Positions 26,360-41,030 of a stretch of DNA of 64,000 nucleotides are shown piece by piece. Origin of the DNA: Octopus vulgaris (taxonomy: Eukaryota). The position numbers and the translations under genes were made by a program. How positions within the stretch are numbered: the first letter of the stretch is position 1; every line of letters begins with the position of its first letter. The stretch covers positions 53,320,001 through 53,384,000 of the forward strand of contig OX597825.1 in NCBI GenBank assembly GCA_951406725.2. Direction: 5' to 3'. Under the pieces are notes generated by a model. The model made no database searches and had not been told where the DNA came from. It was given only the letters and a program-made list of their open reading frames with translations.

Positions 26360-26900
26360 ATCTTGCTCTCAAACATTATCTGGACCTTCGACCAAACCCT
26401 CATTCTGACGTCCCCACTCTTCTTGGTTTGGCTAAACTCGTCCTTCTCACTCAACTGCATCTCGTTCGCGGGAGAATTTTACCATCATGTCTCGGGAGTG
26501 GCCATGGGAACAAGACTGGGCCCCATCTATGCGTACCTGTTTGGCGGCTAAGTTAAATAAGCTCACAGTTCACTGGTCCTATCCCTCCTGACATATAAGA
26601 TCGTTATTTCGATGAGCGTATCAGAACAACCTCACCCTTCCGCGAACATCTTGACAACTTCCTCTCCTTTGTCCAGTCCTTCCAGGCTGCCCTCGAATTC
26701 TCTTGCAATACCCACAACCCCTCTGTCGCCGATCTCGCACCACATCCACTCCACCGATCAATCACTACGGCTATCTGTGTTCAAACTGTCTTTGCACAGA
26801 TGCCACCCGAACACCCGCCTCCACCCTGAATCAATATTGATCTACACTCTTCATTACTTTGCTCTTTATTCGCAACTTCTCTTCATTTAAAAACCAACCT
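26360..26900 (+). mobile_element. PLE (Neptune-like) reverse transcriptase fragment
   Basis: LALKHYLDLRP..TLLGLAKLVL..NCISFAGEFYHHVSGVAMGTRLGPIYAYLF, then RYFD. Confidence 0.8.
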
Positions 26901-28050
26901 CGCACATATCCCCACATACCTCCTATCTTTATCTATCCTTTCCCTCCACTCCCACACCTTCACACCACCTAACTCAGTACCCTCAGCACACACACACACC
27001 ATTACACAAACAATAATACACACTGTTCAACTCAGTACTCATACCACAGAGTACTCATACACACCGTTCAACTTAGTACACACAAACACAAACGCGCTAG
27101 CCTTACACACCTATACACACGACCATACGCTCGCACACACACACACCTATACATAAATACCCGAAACACATCACTCCACATTGTTTGCAATGGGTTACTT
27201 ATATACATACACACACGCTCCGATGCGCACATAGAAGCCCACATAATTTTAAGATCGCCCACAAATACATTCACATGCGCCCGCCCTCACTCTCACATAT
27301 ACACTCATACACCATTCTAACATACACAGATGCTCTTGCGCACGTTAGTTCTGACGGATTACCGTTATTATCTCCCTTTCATTCAGCCACTTTCTTCCGG
27401 TCATTTCATCATGTTGAACCATTAATACAAATACATTTTTCTCTCTCCGCTTTTTCGTTCTCCTTTCGTTTTTTTCCCTCTCAACGAATGTGATTAACTA
27501 TATCGAACAGTCGGAAAATGAAATTAAAAATGTAGATCAACCAATTACAGATTTACTCCCATTCAATTTAAAGTTTATACCAATGGAAATCTGCTGTCAC
27601 TACATTTAAGTCTACTGCTGATAAATTTATTTATTTCCTGTCTTCCTATGCTCGCGTATATCTTTGGATCTACATAGTATTGTAATAAATTGCATTACAG
27701 AAACATGTGTCGGCATTTTATGTTGCAAACTATTAATTGAAGATATGTAACTCTCCATTCTTCATTGTGTTCTCCATGTATACACATATGCATTCACACA
27801 CACATACACACACACACAAATTATATAAACAGAGATAGACAGATAATTGTATATCTATACCTATATATTTACAGATATATATGTGTCTGTCTATATCAAC
27901 AAAAGTGAGCTAAATAACTCAGATAACTCAGAATGGCAGTGGCGCGTATTTGAACGACGTAAGCTAATAGTGGTATTTCAAATACCATACGAAATACAAC
28001 TTTGATTTATTAAAACTATCTCAGCCTGTAGACCATGTGTCGTTGGTACT

Positions 28051-28200
28051 AAGGCGGCGAACTGGCAGAAACGTTAGCACGCCGAGTGAAATGCTTAGCA
28101 GTATTTCGTCTCTTTACGTTCCGAGTTCAAATTGCGCCGAGGTCAACTTTGCCTTTCAGTCTTTCGAGACCGATAAATTAAGTACCAGTTGCCTGTTAGG
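28051..28200 (+). mobile_element. tRNA-derived SINE with Meta-domain-like core
   Basis: Head GGCGGCGAACTGGCAGAAACGTTAG..GAGTTCAAAT; core GCCTTTCAGTCTTTCGAGACCGATAAATTAAGTACC. Confidence 0.65.
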
Positions 28201-29419
28201 ATCGATCTAATAAAATGTGTCTTTGTTACCAAATAAGAATGACGATCATAATTTCCCTTGCCAATACGAGGAAACGAAAATATCTCATGGTTGAAAAGTT
28301 CTATATAGTTCACATTGTCACTTGACTAGGAACTAAATCTGCTACATATATTATTTACAGAGTAAGAGCGGGAGACAGAGGACCAGAGAACCAGAGAGAG
28401 AGAGACAGACAGACAGAAAGAAAGAGAGTGAGAGAGACAGAGTAACTCTATGCGCTGACAGAGAGGGTGAATATTCTCCTTTAGATAAGATAACTGCTTC
28501 GGGGTTTATATTTTATCTTTTCTATTTTCCTTATTCTTTTGCTCGATAGTTGACGTGTCATTATGGAAAGGGATAAGCGTTTTAATTGAAGATAAAACGA
28601 TAACCGTTGACACGTGTTTCTACCTTAATAGATATCATCACCACACCAGTCGTGTATACTTATAACCAGTAACCAAGTGACTTAGATTTATGGAGAACAC
28701 ATTTATGACCTGTGAAATTTACCTAATTGAATGTGACGAGAAATAACATAGAATGGCTAGTTATATGTATTTGGATATCACTAACAAATATAGAGAATGA
28801 GTGTGTATATATACACACTCATATATAGTTAATTATAATAATTTATTGTCATGAAACGCGCTTAGTTTAATGTATATGAATCAGATTAGTAATTACAGTA
28901 ATTACGTTGATAATATTTAATCCTATATATATCTCTATCATAGATAATGTCGTTCAATGTCGATTGAGTTGCTTGAAGGTGGTTCCCTCTATTAAGCCTG
29001 TCTAAACACACTCATATATATATATATGGGTTGGGGGTAATAATAGTATTTTATAAGCGATCGCAGTGCAATGACCAAAGAAAATAGTCTAATAACGGAC
29101 ATATAAGGCTTCGAAGGTAAAAAGAAAAGAAGTCGGTTTTCCCGTACGTGTGGAACTCGAAGCCACATTTCTTTGTCTTCGCTTACCATTTACACCAACT
29201 CGTGTAACTAATCTTTAAACGCTGCCGTTCATTATTAACTTAATTAGACATATTTGTTTGGAATATAATGCTGTTATAACATTTATCGCCAGGTTACTTC
29301 ATTCCGTATATCATCTGCATTCAACATTTTTCTCAGTTCAATACTGATAATGTTCTTCTGAAATTTGACCTAAACAAAGTTGTAGGAGAAAATAAAACAA
29401 ACAAGAAATGTTTCTCATA

Positions 29420-30269
29420 GGTGCAGTTGTGATTGTTTGGTAAAAAACAGGGCTCCTTAACGACAAGGTTTCGGATTCTATCAACTGTGGAACTCTGATG
29501 ATGTGATTTTGCTGTAGCCTCGGGTCGACTAAAGATTTGTGAATGAATTTGGTAGACCGATTAAATTAGCACTAGACTTTTAAAACAATACTAGCAGTAT
29601 AACCCGGCCTTTCTCGGGATTAAGTTACGATTATTAAGCTAATCAAGTTCTTTATTTCAAAACAAACTAAGTAATATAGACGTCAAATTTGGGCGAAATT
29701 CGTTGAAATTAGTTATATTATATATATATATTATATATATATAATATAATATAAATATATATGGGCAACAGACACGAACACACATACACACACGTACGTA
29801 CGTACACCTATTGCATGTTTTGTGCACGCATACATGTTCATAAACAGAAATGAATGGAAAAAATGTTGTTAAATTTGTAGATTAACGCTCGCACGATTTT
29901 CACTAAAGTATATATACTATGATTATAAAATATAGTGTCTTTTAAAAACAAAAAAAAACAAATCAATTTTTTGTGAACGTCATAACTTACTCTCTCTGTC
30001 TCTCCCTCTCTCACTTTGTATTTCCCGTGAAACTTTCTGCCTCCTTCTTCCACTTTTCTTTATCTTTTGGTTTGTTAGACGCCATCAAAAAAGCCAAGGC
30101 AGATATTTTTCGTGGCTAAAAGATATGACTGAAAATAGATATTTACGCTCCCCACGGGTGCCTCGGGGAAAAAATAAGTTGACAAAACCCAGATAGGGTG
30201 TTGACAAATGGCCTCCTAAAATTGGAGTGACATGTGTGCTAATTTGTGGATGTTCATAAATTACAATGA

Positions 30270-30303
<34 letters not shown>

Positions 30304-30403
30304 TCCTCCCTTTTATAGATATGATTACTAAGGACGATTTGTTGGACTAAACACTTAAAATTGGTTCCCCAGCATGGGTGCATGACAATGAACAAAACAA
30401 ATA
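29420..30403 (+). mobile_element. diverged octopus SINE split by a Helitron
   Basis: 5' half at 29420-29590 and 3' half at 30325-30403 match the SINE body either side of the insertion. Confidence 0.6.
29591..30324 (-). mobile_element. complete non-autonomous Helitron (734 bp)
   Basis: Minus A|TCATATCTATAAAA...CCCGAGAAAGGCCGGG-TTATACTG-CTAG|T; AT target, no TSD. Confidence 0.85.
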
Positions 30404-30940
30404 ACTTATCAAAGATTCATTACAAATAATTTTAATGGAATAGTTATTTCTTTATTACTGACTTATGGAGCTTGTCTTTTGTGATACAAATGATGATAAT
30501 AAATTATGAAAATTTGGTAATTCTAACCACTTTCTCTTTCTCTTTCCTCTTTTTCGCCCTCTCTACCCCTCTCTCTTTATCTATTTATATGTCTATCTAT
30601 CTTTCGCTCTCTTGCTCTCCATTCTTCTCTATCTCCTCTTTCCCATTTCTATGTATTATTGAAATAAATTATTCATGCCGTGGTATTCCGTAACTTTTGT
30701 CGGTTTTACACGTGTTTCAATGTAGGTACTAGCAAAACGTTTGTGTAAGAAAATTTATGATAATGGGAAATTGTAATGAATATTTGCATTCTGAAGAAAA
30801 TATACAGTAGCAAAATTAAATGAACAAAGTAGGAACAGAAAATTGCATTATTATAATGTAACATGATACACACACACACACACACACACTCACATACACA
30901 CACGCACGCAAACAGAAACACATGCATATACACGTACGCA

Positions 30941-30974
<34 letters not shown>

Positions 30975-31057
30975 CCAATATACAATATATACATATACTG
31001 TAATGTTTCGTTATGGGAGACAGATATATATATATATATTATATCATACACATGTTA

Positions 31058-31104
<47 letters not shown>

Positions 31105-31299
31105 GTATGTATATATTTATATACCTATGTATGTTTCTATGCATATAAATGCACATATATATATACTTGCACATATCATTTAAGCATTTACAAAACGTAA
31201 AAAAATGAATAACGCAAAGAATAATAAAACTCGTTCAAATTTTGAGAAGAATCTTCAACAGACGAATCCAGATACAACCTTCACTATGTATACGACGAA

Positions 31300-31652
31300 C
31301 ACTATCACAACCACCGCCGCCGTTGAATTACCGCCAACTCCAGCGCCAACACCATCACCGTTACAACCACCACCACCACCACCATCACCACCAACATCAC
31401 ACCACCAACAGTACCACCATCACCACCAACACCACTAACACCATCACCACCACCACCACTATCACCATCACCACCACCACTAACACAACAACTACCTCCA
31501 CCTCCACCACCACCACCCTATGCAAGTCTGAGACAACATTAGCAACGACGACATGAATAACTTCATAAAAAGAATCGGACGGATTTAAGAATAATAACAA
31601 TAATATCTATATCATATTAACAACAACAATAACCTCTAATATTAATAATAAC

Positions 31653-31707
<55 letters not shown>

Positions 31708-31781
31708 GTGGTGGTCATGATGGTGATGACGATGATGAGGGCAACGGCCACCATCGTGGTGACGAAATTTATCATGATGTC

Positions 31782-31844
<63 letters not shown>

Positions 31845-31990
31845 AAGAAGAAGAAGAAGAAGAACAACAACAACAACAACAACAGCAAGAAGAAGAAGAA
31901 GAAGAAGAAGAAGAAGAAGAAGAAGAAGAAGAAGAAGAAGAAGAAGAAGAAGAAGGAGAAGGTGAAGTGGAACTATAACAACAACAACAA
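31300..31990. repeat. compound trinucleotide microsatellites (CAC)n/(AAT)n/(AGA)n/(CAA)n
   Basis: Directly visible; source of the poly-H/T/I/R ORFs. Confidence 0.95.
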
Positions 31991-32495
31991 TACTAATATG
32001 AAAATGATATAAAATTAAAACCAAAAACTACAATAGATATTTTAACAAAAAAAATCTTTCTTTTTCTCTTAACATTAGAAATCTCTGAAGCATACTTAAT
32101 TTTGCCAACAAACAAAGCCCTCATTTGAGTTTATATATTTCGTTAGCTTTACATTGCCATTCTCTGCTACCATTTTTCACTTCTAATCTAATTTAAACTC
32201 ATCTTACAAAGTGACTATCGATTCTCATCATTGTTTTACATCGTTTTATTGTGTTATTCAAAGTATTTTTTACAACTAATTTTCTTACACTTGACGATGT
32301 TTTCCTGTTGCTATTTTCTTTCCTTGATTTTCTACTTGTGTTCGAGTGAGTGAATTCTTCTTTAGCTTTTTGCCCACCAGCTTTATCTTCATAAGTATAT
32401 ATGTGTGTTTGCGTGTGTGTGTCTGTGTGCGTGTGTATAGATAGATGATAGATAAATATACATATACTCGCAGACATATATACACATACATATAA

Positions 32496-32535
<40 letters not shown>

Positions 32536-32570
32536 ATATATTTGCACACATATTTATATATGTAAGCGTG

Positions 32571-32628
<58 letters not shown>

Positions 32629-32689
32629 CGCATACATAATGTTTATATACATATATATATAATATTTACGGATATATGCATATAAATAG

Positions 32690-32734
<45 letters not shown>

Positions 32735-34585
32735 ACACATATATATAAACATGTATACATATGTATGTACGTATGTATGTGTATATTTTCTTTATCCTTT
32801 GCGTATCTGTGTATATGAGTAGGTATATTCAGAGATGTTTACATATGTAGGCGTTTATATTTAGAGACCATCTAACTATGGATAGACGTCATTTATTTGT
32901 AAATCTGGCAGAGGTTTAGTGCATATTGATGTATCTGTGTTTGTATAGGTGCATTTATATATACATGTATATATGTAAAAAAACGTGTGCGTATGTAATA
33001 TATATATATATATATATTCATATATATACACACACATATATGTGTATATATATATATACATAAACATATATATGTATATATATATATATACACATATATA
33101 TGTATATATACAAACACAGACTAATACACAAACTCATGCGCATAGACATCAATACATAAATAGATATAAATACAAATACATATGTATATATATGTGTGTG
33201 TGTGTAGATATATATCTCAATATATAAATACATATAGATATATATGTATACATTGGTACATATATATGTGTGCGTGAATTTGCTTGTGTGTGTATGGATG
33301 TGTGTGTGGGTGTGTATAAAATGTGGGATATGCATATAATTCACTGCCCGTGTCAATCTATGCAAACATAAATGTGAAGATAATTAATTTATGCATTGTT
33401 ATTTATATATTTTTATTTCCATTATCTCTGGACCACATATTCCGTCTTTCGGATTTTTTTTCTTTCTATCTTGGAGCTGTTTCGTATTAACATCAGTAAC
33501 AACAATGATTTTATCAGGAAAGTACTCACCCTGGCTAAAATACACATGTGTTTCCTCGCTGAAGCGGAAAATTGAAAACTGCTGAGGCAGTTCACTAGAG
33601 AATTCATTTCTACTATGCTTTTACAAAATATAATTTCGTGATGGTGATGGGTTCATATCTGTATGTTGGGGTATTTTCTCGGAGGGAACCTTACAACAAA
33701 TGGAAGAAATCGGCAAGACAGTCATTGGAATTTATTTCAGCATTGATATTATTTAAGCTTTTAATATATTTCCAACATGATTCGCTACATATATTATATA
33801 CATACACTTGTACATTATGAATAGAAACATAAATATGTGCATCTAGATACACTCAAGCACACACTATCGACATATATATTTAAAATTTACGTGTATATAT
33901 TATTTGTATATGTGTGTGTGTATGTGTGTGTGTGTAGTTTTATATTATATATCGCACATATAAATATATTCATAAATGTATATGTGTATACATGTATGTA
34001 TGTATGTATGTATGTATGTATGTATATATGTATGTTCTTAACTTCAATGCTGCAGAATGGCAAATGAAAGCAAAAATGAATTTTATAAATGTTCTACAGT
34101 CTGTATTCGACAAGAATTGCTGAAGACAACGAATACTACCAGCTGTCTTGAATCGGATTCGAGTTACCTATGTACTGTAGGCATTGTATCTCCAAGAATA
34201 ACGTGTTAGTGCGTGCGTGTGCGGTAGTGTTTCTGTGTATGAAACACATATGCAGCTGTTTATTTCTCGAAGCATCTCTCTTGTACACGTTTGCATCTGT
34301 CAATCTATAGACATATATTTGTGTATTAGTGTATGTGTACTTGTGCATGTGTGTGTCTGTGTGTGTGTACGTTCTCTGTGACTATTCATATAAATGGGTG
34401 TATATATTAAATATATGTATCGTTATAGGTACGTATAAATTATATATATTCATAATATATAACACTTATGTTCATATAGAATTAGCATATCCTCTAGTAT
34501 GTTTTATACATATACGTTCGAATTTTATTGAAATTGAAACTTGAGTCAGAAAAAAGTCTTTGTTTAATTTCAATAAAAGTTAGTA

Positions 34586-34817
34586 CAGTAATTCCTCACC
34601 ATATGACGGTTCACCTATCGCGGTCAACCTATCACGGTTTATTATTTAAGCTTGTATCGATTCCTCCCAGATGTTGTTTTGCATTTATAATAAAATAAAT
34701 ATATATAAGTTATAAATGTAATTACAAAAAATATACAGTATTGTTTCTACCTCATGGATTTTCACATGTCGCGAGGGGTTCTGGAACGTAACACCCGCGA
34801 TATTCGAGGGATAACTG
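34586..34817. mobile_element. Tigger/MER2-like MITE
   Basis: TA|CAGTAATTCCTCACCATATGACGG ... CCGCGATATTCGAGGGATAACTG imperfect TIRs; non-coding. Confidence 0.7.
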
Positions 34818-35289
34818 AATATTCTCTACAAGTTGTAGTGGTGTGGTCATGTTCTATATTTAGGGATAGTGAGCACATGAAAGAAGGCACCATGCGACAT
34901 ATCGCACATTTTTAAACTCATTTCTCTTGTATTACGCGAAATGTTTATTTATTTACATGTAATTGTATTCTACATTCATTCATTTTATGTTTCAGAAATG
35001 ATTTCTTGGCCCATGACACTGACGCCTACTGATGTTGGTAACTACATAGTTAAAAACAATGGAGAAGCGCCAGATTTGAAAAATCTTGTTAGCTAGGCCA
35101 CTGTCTATAACATATATTGCGAACCCCAACGCTATTTTCTCATTCGTTCAGCATAAACAAGCATTCACACTCACACACAGGCACTTTCTCTCTCTCACAC
35201 ACACACATACAAACACAAACAAACATGCACACATACATACACATTCGCACACAGTCCGGGAAATATAGATGTTAATTTATTTTATTCTG

Positions 35290-35494
35290 TTACTTGTTTC
35301 AGTCATTTCACTGCGACGATGTTGGAGAACCGCCATAAAGGGTTTCATTCGAAGAAAGGCACCCTAAGACTTAATCTTTGTAAGCCTAGTACTTATTCTA
35401 CCAGTCTGTTTTGTCGAACCGTTAGGTCACGGGGACATAAACATATCAACATCGGTTCCCAAGCGATTGAGGGGCACAACATAGATATACACAA

Positions 35495-35557
<63 letters not shown>

Positions 35558-35783
35558 CGCGTGTGTGTGTGTGTGTGTGTATACGTTATACGCAGATATA
35601 TACACACATAAATACATATACACGTATACGGTCGGGTTTCTTTCAGTTTCCGTCCACTCACAAGGCTGTGACCGGCCCGCGTCTATGGCAGAACACACTT
35701 GCCCAAGGTGGCACGCAGTGGAACTGAAGCGGGACCCATGTCGTTGGGAAGCAAGCTTTTTACCACACAGCCACGACTGCCCC
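35290..35783 (-). mobile_element. octopus tRNA-derived SINE, full length, diverged
   Basis: Reverse complement of 48694-49096 with an internal TA/TG microsatellite. Confidence 0.8.
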
Positions 35784-36054
35784 CATGTGTATTTCGCTCG
35801 CAAAAACAAACACACACACACACGCGCGCGCACACACACACTCGCACACACGCACAAGTATTTCTGGAAGTGGCAATTCATGTGCTCATGGAGGGATAGC
35901 CTACACTAGAATCAGATTCTGACAGCTACTTGAGTTTCATGTCTTCTGTAATTATTCTCGAGTACATTATACAAAGTGGTACTGAAAAGTTCCTGGCTTT
36001 AAGGCACTCCTGAAAATCTTGGTTGCAGGCCTGACAGTCTGAGCACTTTTACAG

Positions 36055-36129
36055 TGCTTACGGCGTAGTGATTAAAAGCGTGGGGCTGCTAACCCCAAGA
36101 CTCCGAGTTCAATTCCAAGCAGTGACCTG
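36055..36129 (+). mobile_element. short tRNA-derived SINE (second copy)
   Basis: Homologous to 4499-4572; followed by long (AAT)n at 36139-36327. Confidence 0.7.
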
Positions 36130-36136
36130 AACAACA

Positions 36137-36555
<419 letters not shown>

Positions 36556-36581
36556 ATAATAATAATAATAATAACAATAAC

Positions 36582-36639
<58 letters not shown>

Positions 36640-36959
36640 TTGTGGTGGCCTCTATCACAACCTCCACTGCCACCACCACAAACACATCTACCACCACAAC
36701 CACCACTATATCTGCTATCTCTATCACGACCAGTACTTCCTCTCGTTCTTCATTTTCTTCTGCCACTCCTGTCTATAATAAATAGCAAACCTGTCTTCTT
36801 CATGAACTTATATATGTATATATTCATATATGTATATATATATATATATATATATAATTAATCAATATAGGGTGGCAAAAAAAATTTTGTAGAATTCTTT
36901 TGCCACCAGCGGCCTAGTGGGAAAAAATTAAATAGTCATAAACTATTTTTAAGTTCAAC

Positions 36960-37669
36960 ATCAACAATCAAGGAACGGCCATAATAGGCCATTCACCCAC
37001 TAGAAATAACAGCCAAAAGCTTTAACCGCAAAATAACGTTAATTCCGTAAACCAGGAGAAAATTATAATTTCTTAGACGATGCACCGTTTCATCTTCTGT
37101 TTAATATATTATTAAATCAAGCCAATCTACCATAGGCCCTTAGAATCATCAGTAAGAAATAGCCAAGCCGGAACAGATATTTTTCACGAGGCATTCTCGT
37201 TGCTACCTCGTCAATATTTGACCTAAAATTTTCAAATCGTCGCACTCGCGCCAAATTTATCGGCAGCAAATAAATATAAGCCGCCGATTCCATTACGGAA
37301 TTAACCAGAAAATTCATAATTAATCAATATAGGGTGGCAAAAAAAATTTAGTCGCGAGTGCGACGATTTGAAAATTTTAGGTCAGATATTGACGAGGTAG
37401 CAACGAGAATGCCTCGTGAAAAATATCTGTTCCGGCTTGGCTATTTCTTACTGATGATTCTAAGGGCCTATGGTAGATTGGCTTGATTTAATTTAATCAG
37501 GTTAGTTTTCCATTAAACAGAAGATGAAACGGTGCATCGTCTAAGAAATTACAGGGTAAATGTTTTTCAATTTTCTCCTGGTTTACGGAATTAACGTTAT
37601 TTTGCGGTTAAAGCTTTTGGCTGTTATTTCTAGTGGGTGAATGGCCTATTATGGCCGTTCCTTGATTGT

Positions 37670-37672
<3 letters not shown>
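36960..37672. repeat. HHR-bearing inverted repeat (family D), arms 36960-37250 and 37353-37672
   Basis: Arms are reverse complements apart from two indels; a 34-bp direct repeat at about 36853 and 37316; (TA)n on both flanks. Confidence 0.9.
37444..37548 (+). ncRNA. type I HHR with long loop II (family D); mirror copy 37069-37159 on minus
   Basis: TTTCTTA CTGATGA TTCT..AGAAGAT GAAAC GGTGCATC GTC TAAGAAA: 7-bp stem I, near-palindromic stem III, GUC site. Confidence 0.75.
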
Positions 37673-37727
<55 letters not shown>

Positions 37728-38219
37728 CTTTTGTAGTTCGCTTGAAGCATTGTGTATTGTTTGTAAAGGATAAAAAGATTTTAATGGTACAACAATGCAC
37801 TATAACACAAACAATGGGCTATATACCTGTTGTAATTTAGTCATCCATAGTCTGATATGATATTTCGGACAAAAATTCTTTCTTCAGATATTCTTAGATG
37901 GAATCACTGCTATAATCGGTTTTCCAACGGCTTTTCTTTTTCATTATTTTCTTTTTATTTGAAGCGTCTCAGCAGTGGTTTCATGAAGCACCTTCCGGAA
38001 TTCCTCATGAAAAGTGCGTGAGGTCGGCCATGTTTAAATCTCGTGTGTGTTGGTACATCCGTTGCGCTGCTTCTAAGTTACGTATTATTCATCCATCTTC
38101 ATTTTTCTCCTTCTTTTTTCTCTTTAAATTTTTTTTTGTTTTTGTTTTCTTGTCATAAACTACAGATGTGCATACTATCAAAAATTAACCTACACGGATC
38201 CAGATGTATCAAAATAATA

Positions 38220-40400
38220 TATTGATTGCCAACCTCCGGCCTGTTGTTAATTTGGGGCCCTAGTCTGTGTATGACTATAGCTTCCTTAATTCTGAAATTA
38301 CCCTAATTTATTTTATTGGTCTTAATTGTGACTTCTATGCTTTTGTCGGTGTTCCGGCATCTGTCTAGATGTTTTCTGAAGGAGGAGGTTGAAGTATTCG
38401 GATGTACTTTGATGCGGACGTGTAACGGTCTTGTTGTGCTACCCACATAGAACTTGTTGCATTTGTTACATTGTATTCTATACACAACAGTCACCCGTTG
38501 GCATAAATCTGTGTCACGGATGGGACAGTTTGTTAGTGTACATTGATTGTTGTCCCTTTGTTCGTTTCTTTTCGAGCCGTTCCCTCTATGCTATCTCCTC
38601 TCTTTTTATGGCTTTTCGGATGGATGTTGTTACCCTCTCACTAAAATGAGGTATTTTAAGGAAGCATGTGTTGCTGATTTTTCTATGTTTGGCGTGATGG
38701 TCGTCTTGAATACTTAAGCCGATTTACAATGGATCTAGCGTACCTGTTGGTTTTCAATATATCTAGGAAGCGTGTAGGGTGGGTCACCTTGTCCTCTACG
38801 AAGCACCGTTCTGCTGCACGTACACTGGATGCGTGCAAATTCATTTCAGGCGTATCCTATTCTGGAAGCGCTGAATTGTATTGGACAAACATTTCTCTAC
38901 TGGCTGCTTTCCTGGAGAACTCGGTGTGGATCTCACCTGCTTCCGTTATATTCAGTTTGAAGTCAAGTAGTGATAATAATTCAGCTATATCTGGGTGTTC
39001 TATAGTGAACTTTATGTTATTGAACGTCGTGAATATTCTGTCAGCCTCTTCACAGGAGGATGTGAGTATGAGGATGTCATCTATGTACCTGGTGAAGAAG
39101 GCGCATGAGCGGCAGATGTTGAGAGTTCGACGTTCCATATGGTTCATATAGGTGATGAGCAGTAGGCCCGAGACACTGGATCCCATGGGTAGACCTGTTG
39201 TCTGTTTGTATATGTGTTCCTGAAAAGAGATGTAGGTGTTGTCCACCATGATGGACAAAAGTTGATGAATATCAGCTGCGGTAAATCCGAAGCGTTGGAT
39301 GTCGGACGCTATTGTGCAGTCAGTCAATAGGTTGACCGCCGAGTATGCTGGCACCATTGTGTATATTGAGACAACGTCAAGACTAAAGGCATATCTGTTT
39401 TGCCTGATTTGGTCTAGGGGCAATTGGTGCAGTCTTTTGATGACTTCGTCGGAATTCTTGACGTGTCTAGGAAAGGTGGAGAGTAAAGCAACCAGGATAT
39501 TTTATATACAGGGCCTCCACGCTGGGGACGAATGGTCTAATCTGGATCGTCTTGCTATTCATGTGCGTTTTAATGAGGTGATAAAATCTGATTAATCTAC
39601 TGTTCTTTTTGAGGAAGTTCTTGAATTTATTATGTATGTCTCCGTTTATAGGTGTCCGTCCATGCAGTGTTAATTCGGTCCCCAAACCCTGGTCGCAGTT
39701 ATATCTGTCTCTTCAGAATATAACCTGTCATTGCTTAAATCTTCTAGTGCCAGTCTATCATATATTTCACAAGAAATCACACAGATTTTTTTCTTTTATC
39801 TGATGGTAAGTATACAAGATTTTTGTTTTTTAGTTTGGTTAGTGTTTTATAGTGCACCTTGGTTAAGTTTGGAGTTATTTTCGATTCCTTCCTGTTTCAA
39901 TCTGGATACTTTGTGGTTGAGTTCTGGGTTAGTTGGGGGTGGGTGGAGTGAGTGGTCTAGTTGGTACGTGGGAAAATTCCCGAGTGTGTTGTTGTTCTTT
40001 TTCATCACCGATAATCATTTGAGTTGGTAGGCTGTTCGACAAAAGTTGGCCTCCAGGTCGAATAAAACTTTTTCATTCGGCTGTTGTCTCAAGATAAATT
40101 TAAGGCCCAGACTGAGAGTTTCTAGTTCTTCATGGGAGAGTGACTGACTCAAGTCTGTGACTAGGGATTTCGTTGCTGATGGTGTGCTGGCGTCTTCGGT
40201 ATTAGTGTTACTTCGTTCGGCGGACGTGTCCTGTTCATCTGTGTCGGTGTAATAGGCCGAGTTGTGTCGGTATTTGGTACAAAACCACTAGAATTTAAGT
40301 TTGAGGCGTTTCTTCTTTATGTCAACGCATGGGTGGTAGCATCGGTCAATAGCTGCGATTGTTCTTCAGTATGGATGTTCAATGGTTAACGTAATGCTGG
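38220..40400 (-). mobile_element. Penelope/Poseidon-type PLE, near full length, inactivated (RT and GIY-YIG)
   Basis: LSHEELETLSLGLKF; SLDVVSIYTMVP, YKQTTGLPMGSSVSG, RYIDD, FTIEHP; VVYRIQCNKCNKFYVGSTTRPLHVRIKVH. Confidence 0.92.
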
Positions 40401-40410
40401 GTATTATTTA

Positions 40411-41030
40411 AGAGAATTTGCGTGGAAGGCCCTCTATATAAAATACCCTGGTTACTTCCACTCGGTGCCAAAATAGGATACGCCAGAAATGAACTTGCAC
40501 CCATTCAGGGTATGTGCAGCAGACAGAGGGCAAGGTAACCCACACTACACGCTTCCTAGATATATTGAAAAGCAACGGGTACCCTACATCCATTGTAAAT
40601 CGGCTTAAGTACAAAGACGACCAATGCACCGAACACAGAAAACCAAGCAACACATACTTCCTTAAAATACCCCCTTTTAGCCATAAGAGGAGATGAGCTA
40701 GCATACATATAGCCTACTCTGGCCCCTCTCTGAGAGGTCACCACGCAAAGAAACGAACAAGGAACGACAATCAATGTACACTAACAAACTGTCACACCCG
40801 TGACACAGATTTATGCCAACGGGTAGCTGTTGTGTATAGAATACAATGTAACAAATGCATCAAAGTACATCTAAATACTTCAACCTCCTCCTTCAGAAAA
40901 AATCTAGACAGATGCCGGAACACTAACAAAAGCATAACAGTCACAATTAAGGCCAATGAAAGAAATTTAGATAATCTAAGAACTAAGGAAGCTTTACTCA
41001 TACACAGACTAGGGCCCCAAATTAACAACA
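40411..41030 (+). mobile_element. inverted, internally deleted 3' copy of the same PLE family
   Basis: About 40476-41030 is a diverged reverse complement of about 38240-38860; 40415-40462 mirrors 39479-39522. Confidence 0.85.

Noticed and set aside
35968-36050. Mariner-like TIR stub (TACAAAGTGGTACTGAAAAGTTCCTGG)
   Set aside because: Single short end with no partner or coding remnant.
37855-37892. Minus-strand CTGAAGA..GAAAT near the Penelope 3' end
   Set aside because: Stem II does not pair convincingly.
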